Assembly (NCBI RefSeq): GCF_040938485.1 | Contig: NW_027271450.1 | Location: 310,001 to 374,000 of the forward strand | Reading direction: 5' to 3' | Origin: Diadema antillarum | Taxonomy: Eukaryota | Length of the DNA stretch: 64,000 nucleotides | Shown: positions 1 to 21,360 of the stretch, in pieces | Layout: the number at the start of each line of letters is the position of its first letter | How positions within the stretch are numbered: the first letter of the stretch is position 1 | Made by a program: the position numbers and the translations under genes | Notes under the pieces: model-generated | Told to the model about the DNA's origin: nothing | The model's input: only the letters and a program-made list of their open reading frames with translations | Databases searched by the model: none

Positions 1-620
1 TTTTGTTCTTATATCCATTACAGAGGTCATGTATCCATGCACTTTGCTGCGATGTTAATCTGACAACCGAGTGCAACTCTAGACATAGCGTTTATAATCC
101 TACCAAAATACCTTTGATGATATCTGGTACATTTCTCGCTGTGATCGAGTGAAACAGTGTATATGTTGAGCTTAAATGACTATAGTTGCGTTGCTAATAT
201 TTCATATAATATATTCATACGTATACATTGGGGTGGTGGGTAGCCGTTCCAAAGTTGAAAATCATATCATTATGCTCCCTTCTCTTCCTCTTCCTCTTCT
301 CTCCTCCTCCCCATGAAGGTGATAAGCTAAAGGGTCATTAGAAGGCGTTATCTGAGAGAACACCGACAAGTCAATATACGTAGCTGGCTGAGAGATACTT
401 GTCATAAGTCCACTAGTTGTACAATGTGTTGACAAAGTGGTTTCGTTTAACCACTTGGGTATCGGTCGTTACACTTCTCTGGGCATAGTGAATCACGAGA
501 CATTATATTCTGACCCACTGTCCGCCCTGTATCTGCATCGTCAACTCTTACCATCTCCCTAGAGTTAATAATTCAAAGACGTTTAATAACAGTCGTGAAA
601 TCCTAAACCAGATTGCCAGG

Positions 621-9272
<8,652 letters not shown>

Positions 9273-9780
9273 AACGGTGTAACGCTGTTTACGCTGCTCA
9301 CCAGCCAGAGGGTGTTAAATCTATTGCACCAGTGTGTCTACACTGGTGGCGTATGGGCCAATGTTTAATCTGCCTTCGTGAATTTCGGAGCGAAATACGA
9401 AATCTCTGATTGTACACAAATGTTTTGGTACAATAAGATCTTAAATAGCAGATGAGAAAAACTGTACCACATATTAACTACCAATTACCAGTGACGAATA
9501 TTGGAGTAAAAGTTTAGTGTTTGCTCGTTTTGTATTCCTGACTGTATGTTTCATAATAAAGTAAGCATATTTGATTGTTTTTGCCAAGTAGGCCTACTAG
9601 AAATTATGCTTTTGAAGAAGAGGTTGAGTCTCTGCAGGTATATGGATTTCCCCACTCACATATTCCAAAAATTGTATATTATCTCATTTAGTGAATGATT
9701 GTGTCTGTACACGTTATTCTGAGTCAGTCTAGATGTCTCAATAGTTTTGAAGTTGGTAAAGTGTGAAACATATTATCTGA

Positions 9781-9823
9781 AATAAACATGACGCAATCAT
9801 TGCTATTGTTGCAATGGTTTATT
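9781..9823. terminator. Opposed candidate polyadenylation signals of convergent genes 1 and 2
   Basis: AATAAA (+) at 9781-9786 and TTTATT (AATAAA on minus) at 9818-9823; gene 1 also has an earlier AATAAA at 9555-9560. Confidence 0.4.
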
Positions 9824-10674
9824 GTGTATTTACTTATTTGATGCCAATGGTAAAAAAAGTTCTTCAATATGTTCATTCACTTTGCAAATTTGAACAAAAT
9901 TAAAATCAACAAAAGTGACACACACACACACACCCACACACAAATTACTACAGATGGACATCATATGAAAGTCGATGGACTTTTTTTAAAGCGATGACAT
10001 AAACGTAGACGAAAGGCCTATCATACTATAGCAACAATCACGTTTCAAAACAGTAATTATTTCGCTTAATGACAGGACGTAATGATGTTAGATACTTAAA
10101 GTAAAACCAAAATTACAGTTTAAGATGGCTTGATAAAAAAACATAAGAAACAAAACATTGGAAAGTTAGGATATAGAGTCAGGAAATTTTAGAATTTGAA
10201 TATTTCACGTATTTCATGAATCCTAGATATTTGGTCACTGTGTCAAAAGCAGACTAGTTGAGGATACAACATAATATCACCGCCCAAGTTTGAACACAAA
10301 ACATCGACTTCAGAATTAACGGAAAGACGGAAGTAGTAGAGCTTTGCCTCACATTTTTTCATAGTTCCTATGAATAAAATAATAGTGAAGGTGTTTTTGT
10401 TTTGTTTTGCTTTTTGGCAGGGGGCGATAACTGCCAAACCATTGATCCCACAAAATTGTTTCCCCAATATTCAGATACAGATATACAGAGTTGATTTTTC
10501 CTACGTGACAACTATCTCTTTGAAAAAGCAAGATACAAATTCCTGCTTCCTTAAATTGATCACATGGTTTGTTTTTAACGATTTCGAACAAACACTTAAC
10601 TCTGCAGTTTGAATTGTAAACAAGCGATACATTTAATCCCAGTCTACAACAACCTCGACCACACCCATTTCAAT

Positions 10675-13600
10675 TTAAGGACTAGCAGTGCATGAATTTT
10701 CATTTTTATACTCGTTGAATTCCGTGGTCCATTCGGGCATATCGGTGCCCTTCCACCGCTGGTACTGGTTCTGCCAATCAGTGTACACGTCTTCGATCGG
10801 ATCTGTCGGAAGACAGACAGAAAGAGAGAGAAGAGTAAGTGTGTGTGTGTGTGTTCTCAAGTTAAAGGACAAGTCCACCTTCATGTACATAAGGATTGAG
10901 AGAATGCAGCAATATTAGTAGAACACTTCAGTGAAAGTTTGAGGAAAATTGGACAATCCGTTCAAAAGTTACGAATATTTTAAGTATCTGCGCAGTCACT
11001 GCTGGAAGAGAAGACTACTACAGTGTATGATGTCACATGCGTACAACTATATAAGGAAAATAAAAAGAGAATTTCACAAAACTTTACTTTTTGAATAAAG
11101 TGCACAGTTCTTCGACTTGCTACTGACGTATGTTAAGGGTAATATTATTCCCCCTTCCTTCTGAAAGAGAGAAGTCGAGTGTTCTTTTGTTATGCGAGAA
11201 AAATGGAAATATGTTGAATTTTCTTTACTCTTTCTTTATATCGTTGTACTCATGTGACATCACAAGCTATAGTAGTCTTTTCATCCAGCCGTGACTGAGC
11301 AGAAACTTCAAAAATTCATAACTTTTTAACGGATTGTCCGATTTTGCTCAAACTCTCACTGATGTGTTCTACTAATATGCATTCACTCAACCCACATGTC
11401 TATGAAGGTCAACTTGTCCTTTAAGTGTGCATTTACAAGTGCCTCATCTCATTCTATTGAAGAATCTATACAAATGGAATATGTTAAATTTTGACTAAAG
11501 AGAGAGGGGGGGAGAGAAAAGCAAACTTCTCAGTATCTTTCTCTATCTTTAGAAAATGTTCAGGGGAATCACTCGTGAAAGAATTATAGGTATTTGATAT
11601 TCTATGTCGCGCTTAGAAATATAAATTCTAAACATCTCTTAAAGGGGAAGGCTAGTAACTGATCAGTGGGAATCAGTGGAAATGCTGGGAGATGATCGTT
11701 CCAATCCTTATGGGATTCATTCAAGAGTTCATTGTATATCTATTGTTGTGTGAAAATGATTTGCTTCAGAACGGTCTTATATTCAAGTAATGTGCAGATT
11801 AATGCTCCGTCACTGACCAGGGACGCTAACCTGGAAGCATTAAACTGCACATTACTTGAATATGAGACCATTCTGAAGCAAATCATTTTCACACAACAAT
11901 AGATATACAATGAACTCTTGAATGAATCCCATAAGGATTGGAACAATCATCTCCCAGCATTTCCACTGATTCCCACTGATCAGTTACTAGCCTTCCCCTT
12001 TAAATGAAGAGAAGCATTATTTCACATTTTATTACAGGAATAGAAATCATTTCCAGTTATGTTAAATCGACAAAAATGCCTGACATGCATGAAGTGAAGT
12101 GAAGTTCGGCCATGTTCTGATCCTTATTGAGAAATTCCATAAGTGTCCTGGATGGGACGAGGAAATCTTCTTTTAGATATTGAATGATTTCTTCACTGAA
12201 TCATGGGGTACTTGTGTTCGTGTAAGGTGTCACCTTTCTAGACGACATCTGATTAACATGGTCCACACATTCATTTATCTTTATGACGAAAGATCACGGT
12301 CCCTTATAATTGCCAAATATTCACAAGACTGAAAGAAGGTGGAATTCTAATTAACAGTGGGCGAAAAGTGTACCAATCACCAGACATGAAAGTCATTTGA
12401 TCGACTTCTTTTAAGGCCATGAAGGCCACTTGGCTTACCCGAGACTTATAGATACGCCATCTCCTTTTTCATCGTAATCTGAATGTGTTGTATTTTGATT
12501 TACCCTTGAATTTGAACTTTACTAAACTGACCAGTTAAAACAATCATGGTTATAATGATAATCATGATAATGGTAATAATAGTAGAAGTAGTAGTTATGA
12601 TGACGCAGTAATGATGATAAACATAGTAGTTAACTGTAGCTATTATGCTGAAAATAACGATGATAACTGTTATAACAATTATTTTAAAGAGGTGTTCATG
12701 AATGAAAATATTGACTGTTTGGTGTTGGTGACTGCATGCATACCTGTTTGTATGCGTAAACCAGGAATGAAGTTCATCATAAAGGAACATGATGCCGCCC
12801 TCATGGCCCGTCCGTTGGTCATGTTTAGGGAGAGCTGTTTGTAATTCTGCTCGGGCATTGTGTACAGAGGCCATTCCGGATAGATATCGTTCTGCAGAGG
12901 TGCGTTAGGGTTCCTGTGAATGAAGCATTTTGTATTATTGATTAGTCAAATATCTTGACAATTATAGGAATAGAATCCTGTGATCACAATATTTGTGTGT
13001 AAAATAAGGCAGACAGGTTTTGTATTTGTGTAGCTTTTCTCGACATGTACGCCATTTTTGTGTAGAATGATTAAATTGAATGAGAATATCATTACACCTT
13101 TTTTTTAATGTTGATGATGTGCAGCTAATTAGCACTGCTTAATAGATGTTTAGATGTCAAAATATGAGGGGAATTTTCTTTCCTGACTTGAGTACATCTA
13201 CCTGACGCATTGTGTTAATTTACAGATTTTTAGCTCGACAAACTCCTGCCAACACGAAGGCATGCAGTTCGGTAAATATCTAACATCGTGACTGTTCAAC
13301 GTACCCGGATTTAATGAAGTTTGTCCAGTAACGCATAAACTGGACGGACATCACTTTCTCTTCATCAGTCTGTCCCACGATGCGTGCTATGGTTGGAATA
13401 AATCCCCAGCTAAAGACGTATTGCAGTTCCTCGGCATGCGCGGCGCCCAGCCACTTCGGCACTCCAACGTAAATGGACCAGGACGGATCATGCGTCATCT
13501 CGTACCGGTAGATACTGGCCCCCGCAGCTTCGAGCGCCCTCGCAAGGTATTCTGTTGGACAGGCGAAGTTAACGTCAGTAACAAGCCTAATGTAGGAATC

Positions 13601-16600
13601 CAGCTGATCTCCACTGGGGTCATCGGCCACAGTCCAGTCTACATAATGGTGGTCGATGGAAGCGAGTTCGATTTCCGAGGAAACGCGGTACGTATTTTCC
13701 TGCAAGATGCTCCGGAAGAAAGATAGATTCATGACTGGAGGCGTGTCTGACAATAAGTCTTGCGGGAATAAGAAGAGGGCTTGTGAGGAACCCTCATCCT
13801 CGTTGGTGCCAATCAATGTAGGGGTCACCTTGAACTGACGGCGGTTGATGAGCTCCATTGGAGCGTCCGGTAAAAAGCGTCCATCGACCACAGGTGAGGA
13901 CAGAACATAGGAAGCCCCCTGAAATATAAATGAGATTATATTACCAAACCAAATGAAACATGCTTTTAGGAACTTTTCGTGAGCTATCACATGGCCACAA
14001 TTAATCTGGGGTGATGACAACTGAGCCTGTGCAACCGACATTACCCAAATACACAGTGGATTCATGTACCTTTCAAAGACTAGCAATACAATGTATATAT
14101 GGCAGTAAGACTCATGAATTGTAAAGTGTAAACAGTCAGCAAATCTTCATTACTGGCAAATTAATTACGATACCCTCTTCGGCATTGCTATGACCTTTAC
14201 AAATGATTATGATAGAGTCTCTTACACTTATATACAATATTATATATCATACATCCGTTTTTACATGGCAATGTGCGAGCGTAATAGCAAGTATGTTATG
14301 TTATTATCATAGCATAAAGGAAACACAATATAAAAAGCAAAACGAAAGAAAGGAAAAATGTAGAACTCTCACGTTCGAGGCATCTGTCAGGTTAGCCTGC
14401 GGTACTTGTCTTAAGCAGCTGATCATTTGCGCACTGCTGGTCGTTTGACACCGCAGGGAAGCCGCCAGATCTCTGGCAGCCTCCGCTCCACTCTCCATGG
14501 TGGTCCACGACCAAGGACTAAGTGCTGTCCCGCTCTGCAATGGACGTAGTTTTAACATCAGACAGAGAACTAAAAATTACGATACAATGCGATACGAAGA
14601 CAGTTCCACGATATTCCGTCAAGAATAGAATGACAAAAAAAAGATACAACTGCCAATTCCTCCTTTTCTTCATTCAAATTATAGATCATAATATCATTGC
14701 TTTCAGTTCTACAGCATGTGTGGAAAGGTCAATGGGGATATAACTATATTTTTATGCAGACGTGCAAAATCAAAAATATGATACAGTAGATGATCACACA
14801 GCCTCTCAGCAAGAACTGCTTAATTTTCTTTAGTAACATGTCTATACTAGATGGTTATAATTGTCAAGTCGTCAGAAAGTTATCACTGAAGCCTTGTAGA
14901 GTTTATTGGAAAGTTTAGTGAAAAGGCAATATGTTAACTAGTCTCCTTGTGTGTGTGTGTGAGTTTGACTCTTCTGTAGGACGTTAGACTTTGCAGAGTG
15001 TCAGTGCAATGGGGCATTTATTAAAGGGTAAATGGGTAACTGTACATAGGAGGAATATGAGGTTCTCAAGCTGTAAACGATCTAGGAAGACATGGACCAA
15101 AGGTTGGAAAGGTGTGGATACCACAGCCATGTTTAAAGAATGCGGGGATTTGTTTGTTTGTTTGCTTGCTTGTTTTATTCTTATATTAAAATGGGGGCTT
15201 GTCCGGAAGAGTTGAGACCAGTTTTCAGAATTGCACACTAATGCAAACGTACAAACAAAAGTTAGAAACCTGCATGATGGTTTGATGAAAGAGTCCATCC
15301 GTCAGAGGAGACAGTGAGAGGAGACTAACGCTGGAGCCCCCCGCGCTCTCTCCACCAATAGTCACTCTGTTCGGATCGCCACCAAATGCTTCCAAGAAAA
15401 ACAGTTTAAAGGGATGGTACAGTTTCGGTGTTACAGGTCTTCAGGTTTCCATCTTTTATTTGATAATTCGTTTTTTTAGATAATGAGAACGTTCCTATGA
15501 AAAAAAAAGAAGAGCATAGAATTCTAAAAGGAATTCATATTTTGTTAGATGAATATTGTTTTTTAAATGGCCGAGATATCCAAAACAAAACGATAATGAT
15601 AAAAGGTGGGACCCACCTTTTATTGGATTGTTTTGTTTTACTTTTTTATATTTCCCTCATTTCAAAATGGATTTCCATCAAACAAACTGTGAATTCCCCT
15701 CAGAATTACATGCTTTTTAAGATTTCAAAAATATTTTTCTAAGTATTTTGCAAAAAGTTAAAAGCTGAATCCTCACCTCAACCAATACTCTATAATCCCT
15801 TTAAAAAGAACAAGAAGTCACTAGTCGAGATTTTAGGTCAACGGAAACCAGTGACACAAGTACAAGATCAGTGAAACTTCAAACAAGCTCGGACAACTAA
15901 TATATGAGTATTTTGTGACCGGTTTGGTTGCTGAGCAACAACTCATATGGCACCATGTGATGATCGAATTGCAGCAGATTAGATCAAGTTAGTGACTACT
16001 TACCCTCAATCGTTTTTCTCCTTTGTATAGAAATGGACCGACAAATCGCTATCAATGTGATGAGTGTAGCTTCTTATGTCTTGGGTGGTGTGTAGGGCAT
16101 AACATCATTGATGATTATCTGAGGTTCTTGTATTTAAAGCATACAAAATGGGAACTGATAATTCCATACCTGCTATATTATCCTGAACCCAACGAAGAGC
16201 CAGAATCTGATCCATCATTCCATAATTTCCGGGGGCTACGTCATCACCTTTAACCAGTCATGCATACCATGAATAGAGGACAAAGAAAAGAATATGAATT
16301 TTAAGTGATTGGCTAGCCACGTTTCATTAAGATCACTTTAACAACAAGTATATATACAGACATAATATGCCAGTGATCTTAATATCATCATTGAAAGAGG
16401 CACTGCCATCCGAAAGCGAACACACACACGTGCGCAAACGCAGGAGTAAAAATAATATCTGCTTTCCGAGTGTTCTTGTTTTTACCACAACTCAGAAGTA
16501 AACTATCAATCGGTCAATAGACACAGTGACAATATCAATCAAAATGGATAACACAGCAGAGTTCGTCACTATTCGCAAGAAATGCAGACGTCATCGCATC

Positions 16601-18994
16601 TTGATGACAACAGAAAGATCATCATGCTAAGTAACAATTGGGTAATGATAATCCTCGAGAATAAACACTAATAGCCGATTACCCTCTTCAGATCTAACAT
16701 TTTGAGGACTTAGCATTTGGCCGATAACAGAAGAGTTTGAGGTCAAAGATTACTGATCTATTTTCGTTGTGTCAGATAAACTTAGAGTAGTGATATAGTC
16801 AGGACTACATTGGTCTCACTGTGGATTTCTTGTATAGTGCGACAGACGACAAATTTTGTTTTGGAGTTGTGTAAAATCAACCTCGTATCAGGATCCGTTT
16901 GTTTTTGTGCAAACTTCCGTGCTTAAAGGATATAGGTACAATTGGGCAATATATAAACATTTTGATCGAAGATACACAAGGATAATGGAAGAAAATAGCT
17001 TAAATGATAAGTAATACAAAATACAATCTTTACGATACAGAGATGAAGTTAGAGTTCTAAACAATCGCTATAATTATATAAAATAAGACCAGAATTACAA
17101 AAACTACGAAATGGGGAAACAAAACAATGACTCTAGAGCATGGTTGAACACAATGTTCACGAAGTTGACATCCCTGAAGTATAGATCTCGCACAATCATA
17201 TCATTCGCTTTCATGTTTTGTCAACATGTCGAAAAGCTTCTGTAATTGTATTCTTTATCCTTAAACGTAATGATTTTCTCTGAATATTATTTATACCAAT
17301 GACGGTTGTGATATATGTCAGCTGAAAAACAAAAAGTCACTGCAATTGAGCCACACCATCATCTGTATACTTGCACGAGTTGGTGAGAGTGTTAACCTAT
17401 TTCTATAGCTATACACACGTCTGTGACACATGAATACAGTTGTATATGCAATAAATATATCGAATTGTTAAGCCACTTGGTACGAGCAAATCAGTTAGGG
17501 TTCAGTTTGGTGGGTTTTGATGTTTCATCGATATTTAGCTTACCAGGGGTAGGCAAAGCATCTCAATGGGCATACCACAAGGCATTATGTTGCTCTACTG
17601 CGTACCTGATGTCAGATATCCATATGCTCCGAGACGGTAGTTGACGGCTACGACGACGATGTCGGCTAGAGCCACCATGGGAAGGGGCTCGTAGACTACC
17701 CAAGATCCAGCCCCAAGTGAGTAGCCACCTCCATGAATCCAGAAGAAGACTGGAACATTCGATGTCGGCTGTCAGAAGGAAGTTTACATTTAGCACTTAA
17801 GTAGTCATTTTTCATCCTCCCACATTAAAACTATTCCAGATGCTAGCATCTAAAGGCATTACATGTTAGCTCTTGTAAGAGTCATTTGGACGAAAGAATA
17901 AACTGTCCATCGGGTCTGTCTTTATCTAGAGAAATCCTACTGACGCACTAACGAGATTCTGGAAAAGAGGTTTCTATGTAAAAGTGTAACGGTAAATGAG
18001 TTTCAAAAGAAATAGACACAATGAGGTCTCTTCCTCAATAGAGGTCAGTCAGAACGCAACGCACACTAAGGAGAAAATGCGTTCTCTGCATAATTATTCC
18101 ATTTTTTTTTTGCTTCTTCCTCATCGTGTCTTCTACTCCTCTTCCCTCTTGTTCCTCTATGTCGTATAAAACCCTTTTGCTTAGCCAATTAATCAATTGA
18201 TTTAGCTTACAATCCACTTTTCCTTTGGTTATTTCACTCATCTTATTCTGTTTGCTAGTTGTCGAACACTTTGGGCGTGGTCTCATCTATCATGTGTTTC
18301 GGCTGATAGCTTTCATAACATCGCATTATTTCACCTCTTAGATTTCACCTTTCTCACTTTTTCACTTTTTCTTTTAACTAAAAATAAGAGGGTAAATCCA
18401 ACCCTTCTAGTGTTTAATTTAACATTAACAAAAGGTTCGAGGAGTGACAAAATTTGGAATGTTGGATTTACCAATTCACTATTTAGAGTGCAACAAGAAG
18501 CCCTTTGATGGTACAACTGTACGTACTAAACTCGGACCCAGTATTCATTTCAAGCGCCTGTTGTAAACGACGCTACCAGAACACGATCATTCTTGACTGA
18601 AACATACCGTTGGGGAAGGTGTGTAGATGCTCAAAAAGAGACAGTCCTCGTCTACATCTCGAGCTAAGATGGGTCCAATAGTTGGCAACTGGGCAAGAGG
18701 CGTGGCTTGAGGACATTCCGCTCTGTGCTCGGTCGCATTGTACTCCCCGCTGATGTTGTACGGAAGAGGGTCTCTAAACCTGAGATTCCCAACGGGAGGT
18801 TGGGCGTAAGGTACGCCTAAGAAAGCGTTAACATGTGTGTCGATATTCAGGAACTCCGATTCGTTAAAGGGCAGCGTGACACCTTTAAGAATTCCCCCAC
18901 CTGGTAAGGTGACCCTTGGTGCCCCATCGTCTTGGGCCGTGGTCACGGTGGAGAACAGAAGAAAAGCCAACGAAATGGCTATTGCTCCAGCCAT
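10675..18994 (-). CDS. Cholinesterase-like type-B carboxylesterase, paralog 2 (8 exons, 606 aa)
   Basis: Exons (minus) 18994-18608, 17768-17606, 16247-16170, 15388-15270, 14534-14373, 13918-13305, 12913-12744, 10802-10675; GT-AG, sum 1821 nt. Signal peptide [20 protein letters not shown]; DEDCLFL; WIHGGGY; GESAG; GTNEDEG; GAAHAEEL; tail [42 protein letters not shown]. Confidence 0.93.
10866..11420. mobile_element. Kolobok-like MITE family A, copy 1
   Basis: TTAA|AGGACAAGTCCACCTTCAT ... ATGAAGGTCAACTTGTCCT|TTAA with long imperfect inverted arms; TTAA duplication plus purine-starting termini fits Kolobok rather than piggyBac; second copy at 48386. Confidence 0.82.
11643..11999. mobile_element. 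Palindromic Kolobok-like MITE family B, copy 1
   Basis: TTAA|AGGGGAAGGCTAGTAACTGATCAG ... CTGATCAGTTACTAGCCTTCCCCT|TTAA; arms 11643-11806 and 11836-11999 are 164-bp inverted repeats with about 4 mismatches. Confidence 0.88.
12540..12685. repeat. Degenerate (ATN)n trinucleotide repeat
   Basis: ATAATGATAATC...GTAATAATAGTAGAAGTAGTAG...; generates the spurious hydrophobic ORF 12500-12874. Confidence 0.8.
15410..15800. mobile_element. Kolobok-like MITE family D, copy 1
   Basis: TTAA|AGGGATGGTACAG ... TATAATCCCT|TTAA, central hairpin AAAAGGTGGGACCCACCTTTT; related to 59465 and 56475. Confidence 0.75.
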
Positions 18995-19089
18995 GGTGAC
19001 AAATTACAACTATTCTAATAAACTGAACATCGGCCGTTTTGGAGTCCTTGATTTTTGTTCACACAGCGCGCCTCCCGTTGTGGACAGTG

Positions 19090-19095
19090 TTTATA
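19090..19095 (-). promoter_or_regulatory. Candidate TATA box of paralog 2
   Basis: Minus-strand GCATATAAACA about 100 bp upstream of the ATG at 18994; position plausible, no transcript evidence. Confidence 0.4.
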
Positions 19096-19631
19096 TGCAC
19101 AAGAAGGCGTTTGGCGATGACCAGAAGTGATATGAAGTTAATCGTCACTAATCTTATTGACACATTAGTTTTGGACTTAAAGGAATTAGATGAAGAACAA
19201 CTCTAGAACAGATCTTCGCCATGTCTACATATTTGGTAGTGATGCACCATAGGATTTACAAAAGGCCTTCTGCTTCTATTTTATATATACGAACATATAC
19301 CAAGAGTCCTCTGTATATAATACGTTGCAGTTCAGCTTGATATTCAATCCTGTCTAATCTCTCCAAGATAGTGTTTCCATCATGTAGTGTATGGAGTTCA
19401 GAGTAAAACTGGAAGAAACCAGGACCAAATAATAAAGCGGGATTGTAGCTCCACATTTCTTCACTATCAACAAGCTGAGGCAAACACAAGTCACCACACC
19501 ATCAACCACGTATGCATTATAATCTATACACACAGATACACATCCACAAGAATCCTTCACTTACACAGGTGCCCTTAAAATAAAATGACTCAGTGTATAT
19601 AAGTTCAGTACAAGTGGGTAATCATTTTACT

Positions 19632-20162
19632 CACTGCAAAAAGTCCGGTGTTAAATAGTGAACACCGAGCTGGTGTTAAATTTTCGGTGCTCATTTATGG
19701 TGTTAAATTAACACCTACGGGTGTCATTTCCAAATTTTAAACTGTTTTTTGAAGAGTTTCTTAGTAACTGCACTTCTTGTTGATTTATAATCTAAACAAG
19801 ACGATCAAGAATTTTACAGTAAAATACTAGATTTTTGAAAAAATATGAAAATAAATTTACACCAAAGTAACACCAGCTGGTGTGGTCCCTTATTGAAGCT
19901 GGACGGGTGTTAAACCATTGATATTAACACCAGCAAATATCAAATCAACACCATGTGGTGTCATTTTTGAATTAACACCAGTACAGTGTCAAAATAACAC
20001 CAGGTACAGTGTCAAATTAACACCACGAAGTGTCAGGTGAACACTTTTCAACACCATCACAGTGCATTTTTAACACCTGTGGGTGTGGTCCTTTATTGAA
20101 GTTTGATCGGTGTTAGATTTAACACCAGTGGTGTTAAATCTAACACCGATGTTTTTACAGTG
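19632..20162. mobile_element. CACTA/EnSpm-like non-autonomous DNA transposon
   Basis: Ends CACTGCAAAAAGTCCGGTGTTAAAT ... ATCTAACACCGATGTTTTTACAGTG, 2-bp direct flanks CT/CT, many AACACC/GGTGTT subterminal repeats. Confidence 0.78.
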
Positions 20163-21060
20163 CTGGTGCTGTCCAAGACAATATAAAAAAAGATACATAC
20201 AACATCATAAATACATCATTAATTTGTTATGATTCGTGTCGAAGTCGCAAAGACTTGCATCCAACTATTGATAAATCTGGTCATCACGGGCAAATACACC
20301 CAACCGGTCCCCATAGAAAAGACCAACTATAATGCAGTTGAATATGTGCTATCCGGCCATCTTCTCAGAAGGAAAAAATTAACAAGCAGTTAGTACAGGT
20401 CAGCAAGGCATTAGATAAATTCTTTCATGATCTCCGCTTTCAGTGATTGCTGACATTTCATTGGCCAACTGTTTAATCTGACAGTAAGAAGGAGACAAAA
20501 TGGCCCGGAGAATGACGAATTCTTTTCCTTGTTTAAATCAAAGTGACACATTACTGTTACTCGAAAGAAAAAAAAATAACGTGTTATAACGAAAAAGTGG
20601 TGAACAATCATTGGTCTGTTGACCAAGATGACAACTATAGATACGACGATTGCAGTTAATTGTTTTCTTTATTTTATCAGAGAACATCTCCATCCAAAGC
20701 AAATGTTCCATTACTATGATAAACCTTGAAGATATGCTTGATTTCCGGCATGTACAGGGGAAGATGATGGGAGATCACGGCATAGCTGTGGGACAAGTAG
20801 GGTTGTTGGCCTTGTATTCCTCGAACTCTATAGACCAGCTAGGCATGTCTATGTCACGCCAGTTCTCATAATCCTCCTGCCATAGCTTGTACACGTCCTC
20901 AATTGGAGCTGATGAAGGAACAAAATAATGAGGTATTAGAGAAAAATGAATCAACAGAAGACATCTTGTACTTGATTTTTGAATTGTGCATCACGTCTGC
21001 CTGTAGTCTGCCTATAACAGAACGTCGGAAATTCAATATTTACATTGTCAAGAAAATGTT

Positions 21061-21360
21061 GAGGCGCGATATGGCATAGTGGATAAGACTCTCAAATCCC
21101 AATCTGAGGACCCGAGTTTGATTCTCACCGAGTTCGTACGTCGTCATAGACAAGATGTTTTTACACATACCACATGTCACTCTTGATTCAGGTGTATAAA
21201 TTGCTACCTGACAACGCTAGGGTAATACAATGTCAGGGCCCTTTGGAATAGCAGTGGCAACACTGAAGAGGTCCTGGATAAAGAAAACCTTATTATAATT
21301 CTTATTATTTTGATATTATTGTTATCATTGTTATAACTATAATCATTATTATCATTATCT
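21061..21360 (+). mobile_element. tRNA-derived SINE in gene 3 intron 7 (antisense)
   Basis: A-box TGGCATAGTGG, degenerate B-box GAGTTTGATTCT, CAGGTGTATAAAT-type central block and an (ATT)n-like tail. Confidence 0.7.

Noticed and set aside
12500-12874. 124-aa hydrophobic ORF resembling a membrane protein
   Set aside because: The Ile/Thr-rich stretch is the translation of a degenerate ATN repeat; the start overlaps gene 2 exon 7 in another frame.
16800-16920. Minus-strand peptide DTRLILH resembling the EADTR.ILH motif of some XPG-like transposon proteins
   Set aside because: Only a 7-residue match in a stop-interrupted frame; insufficient without a profile search.
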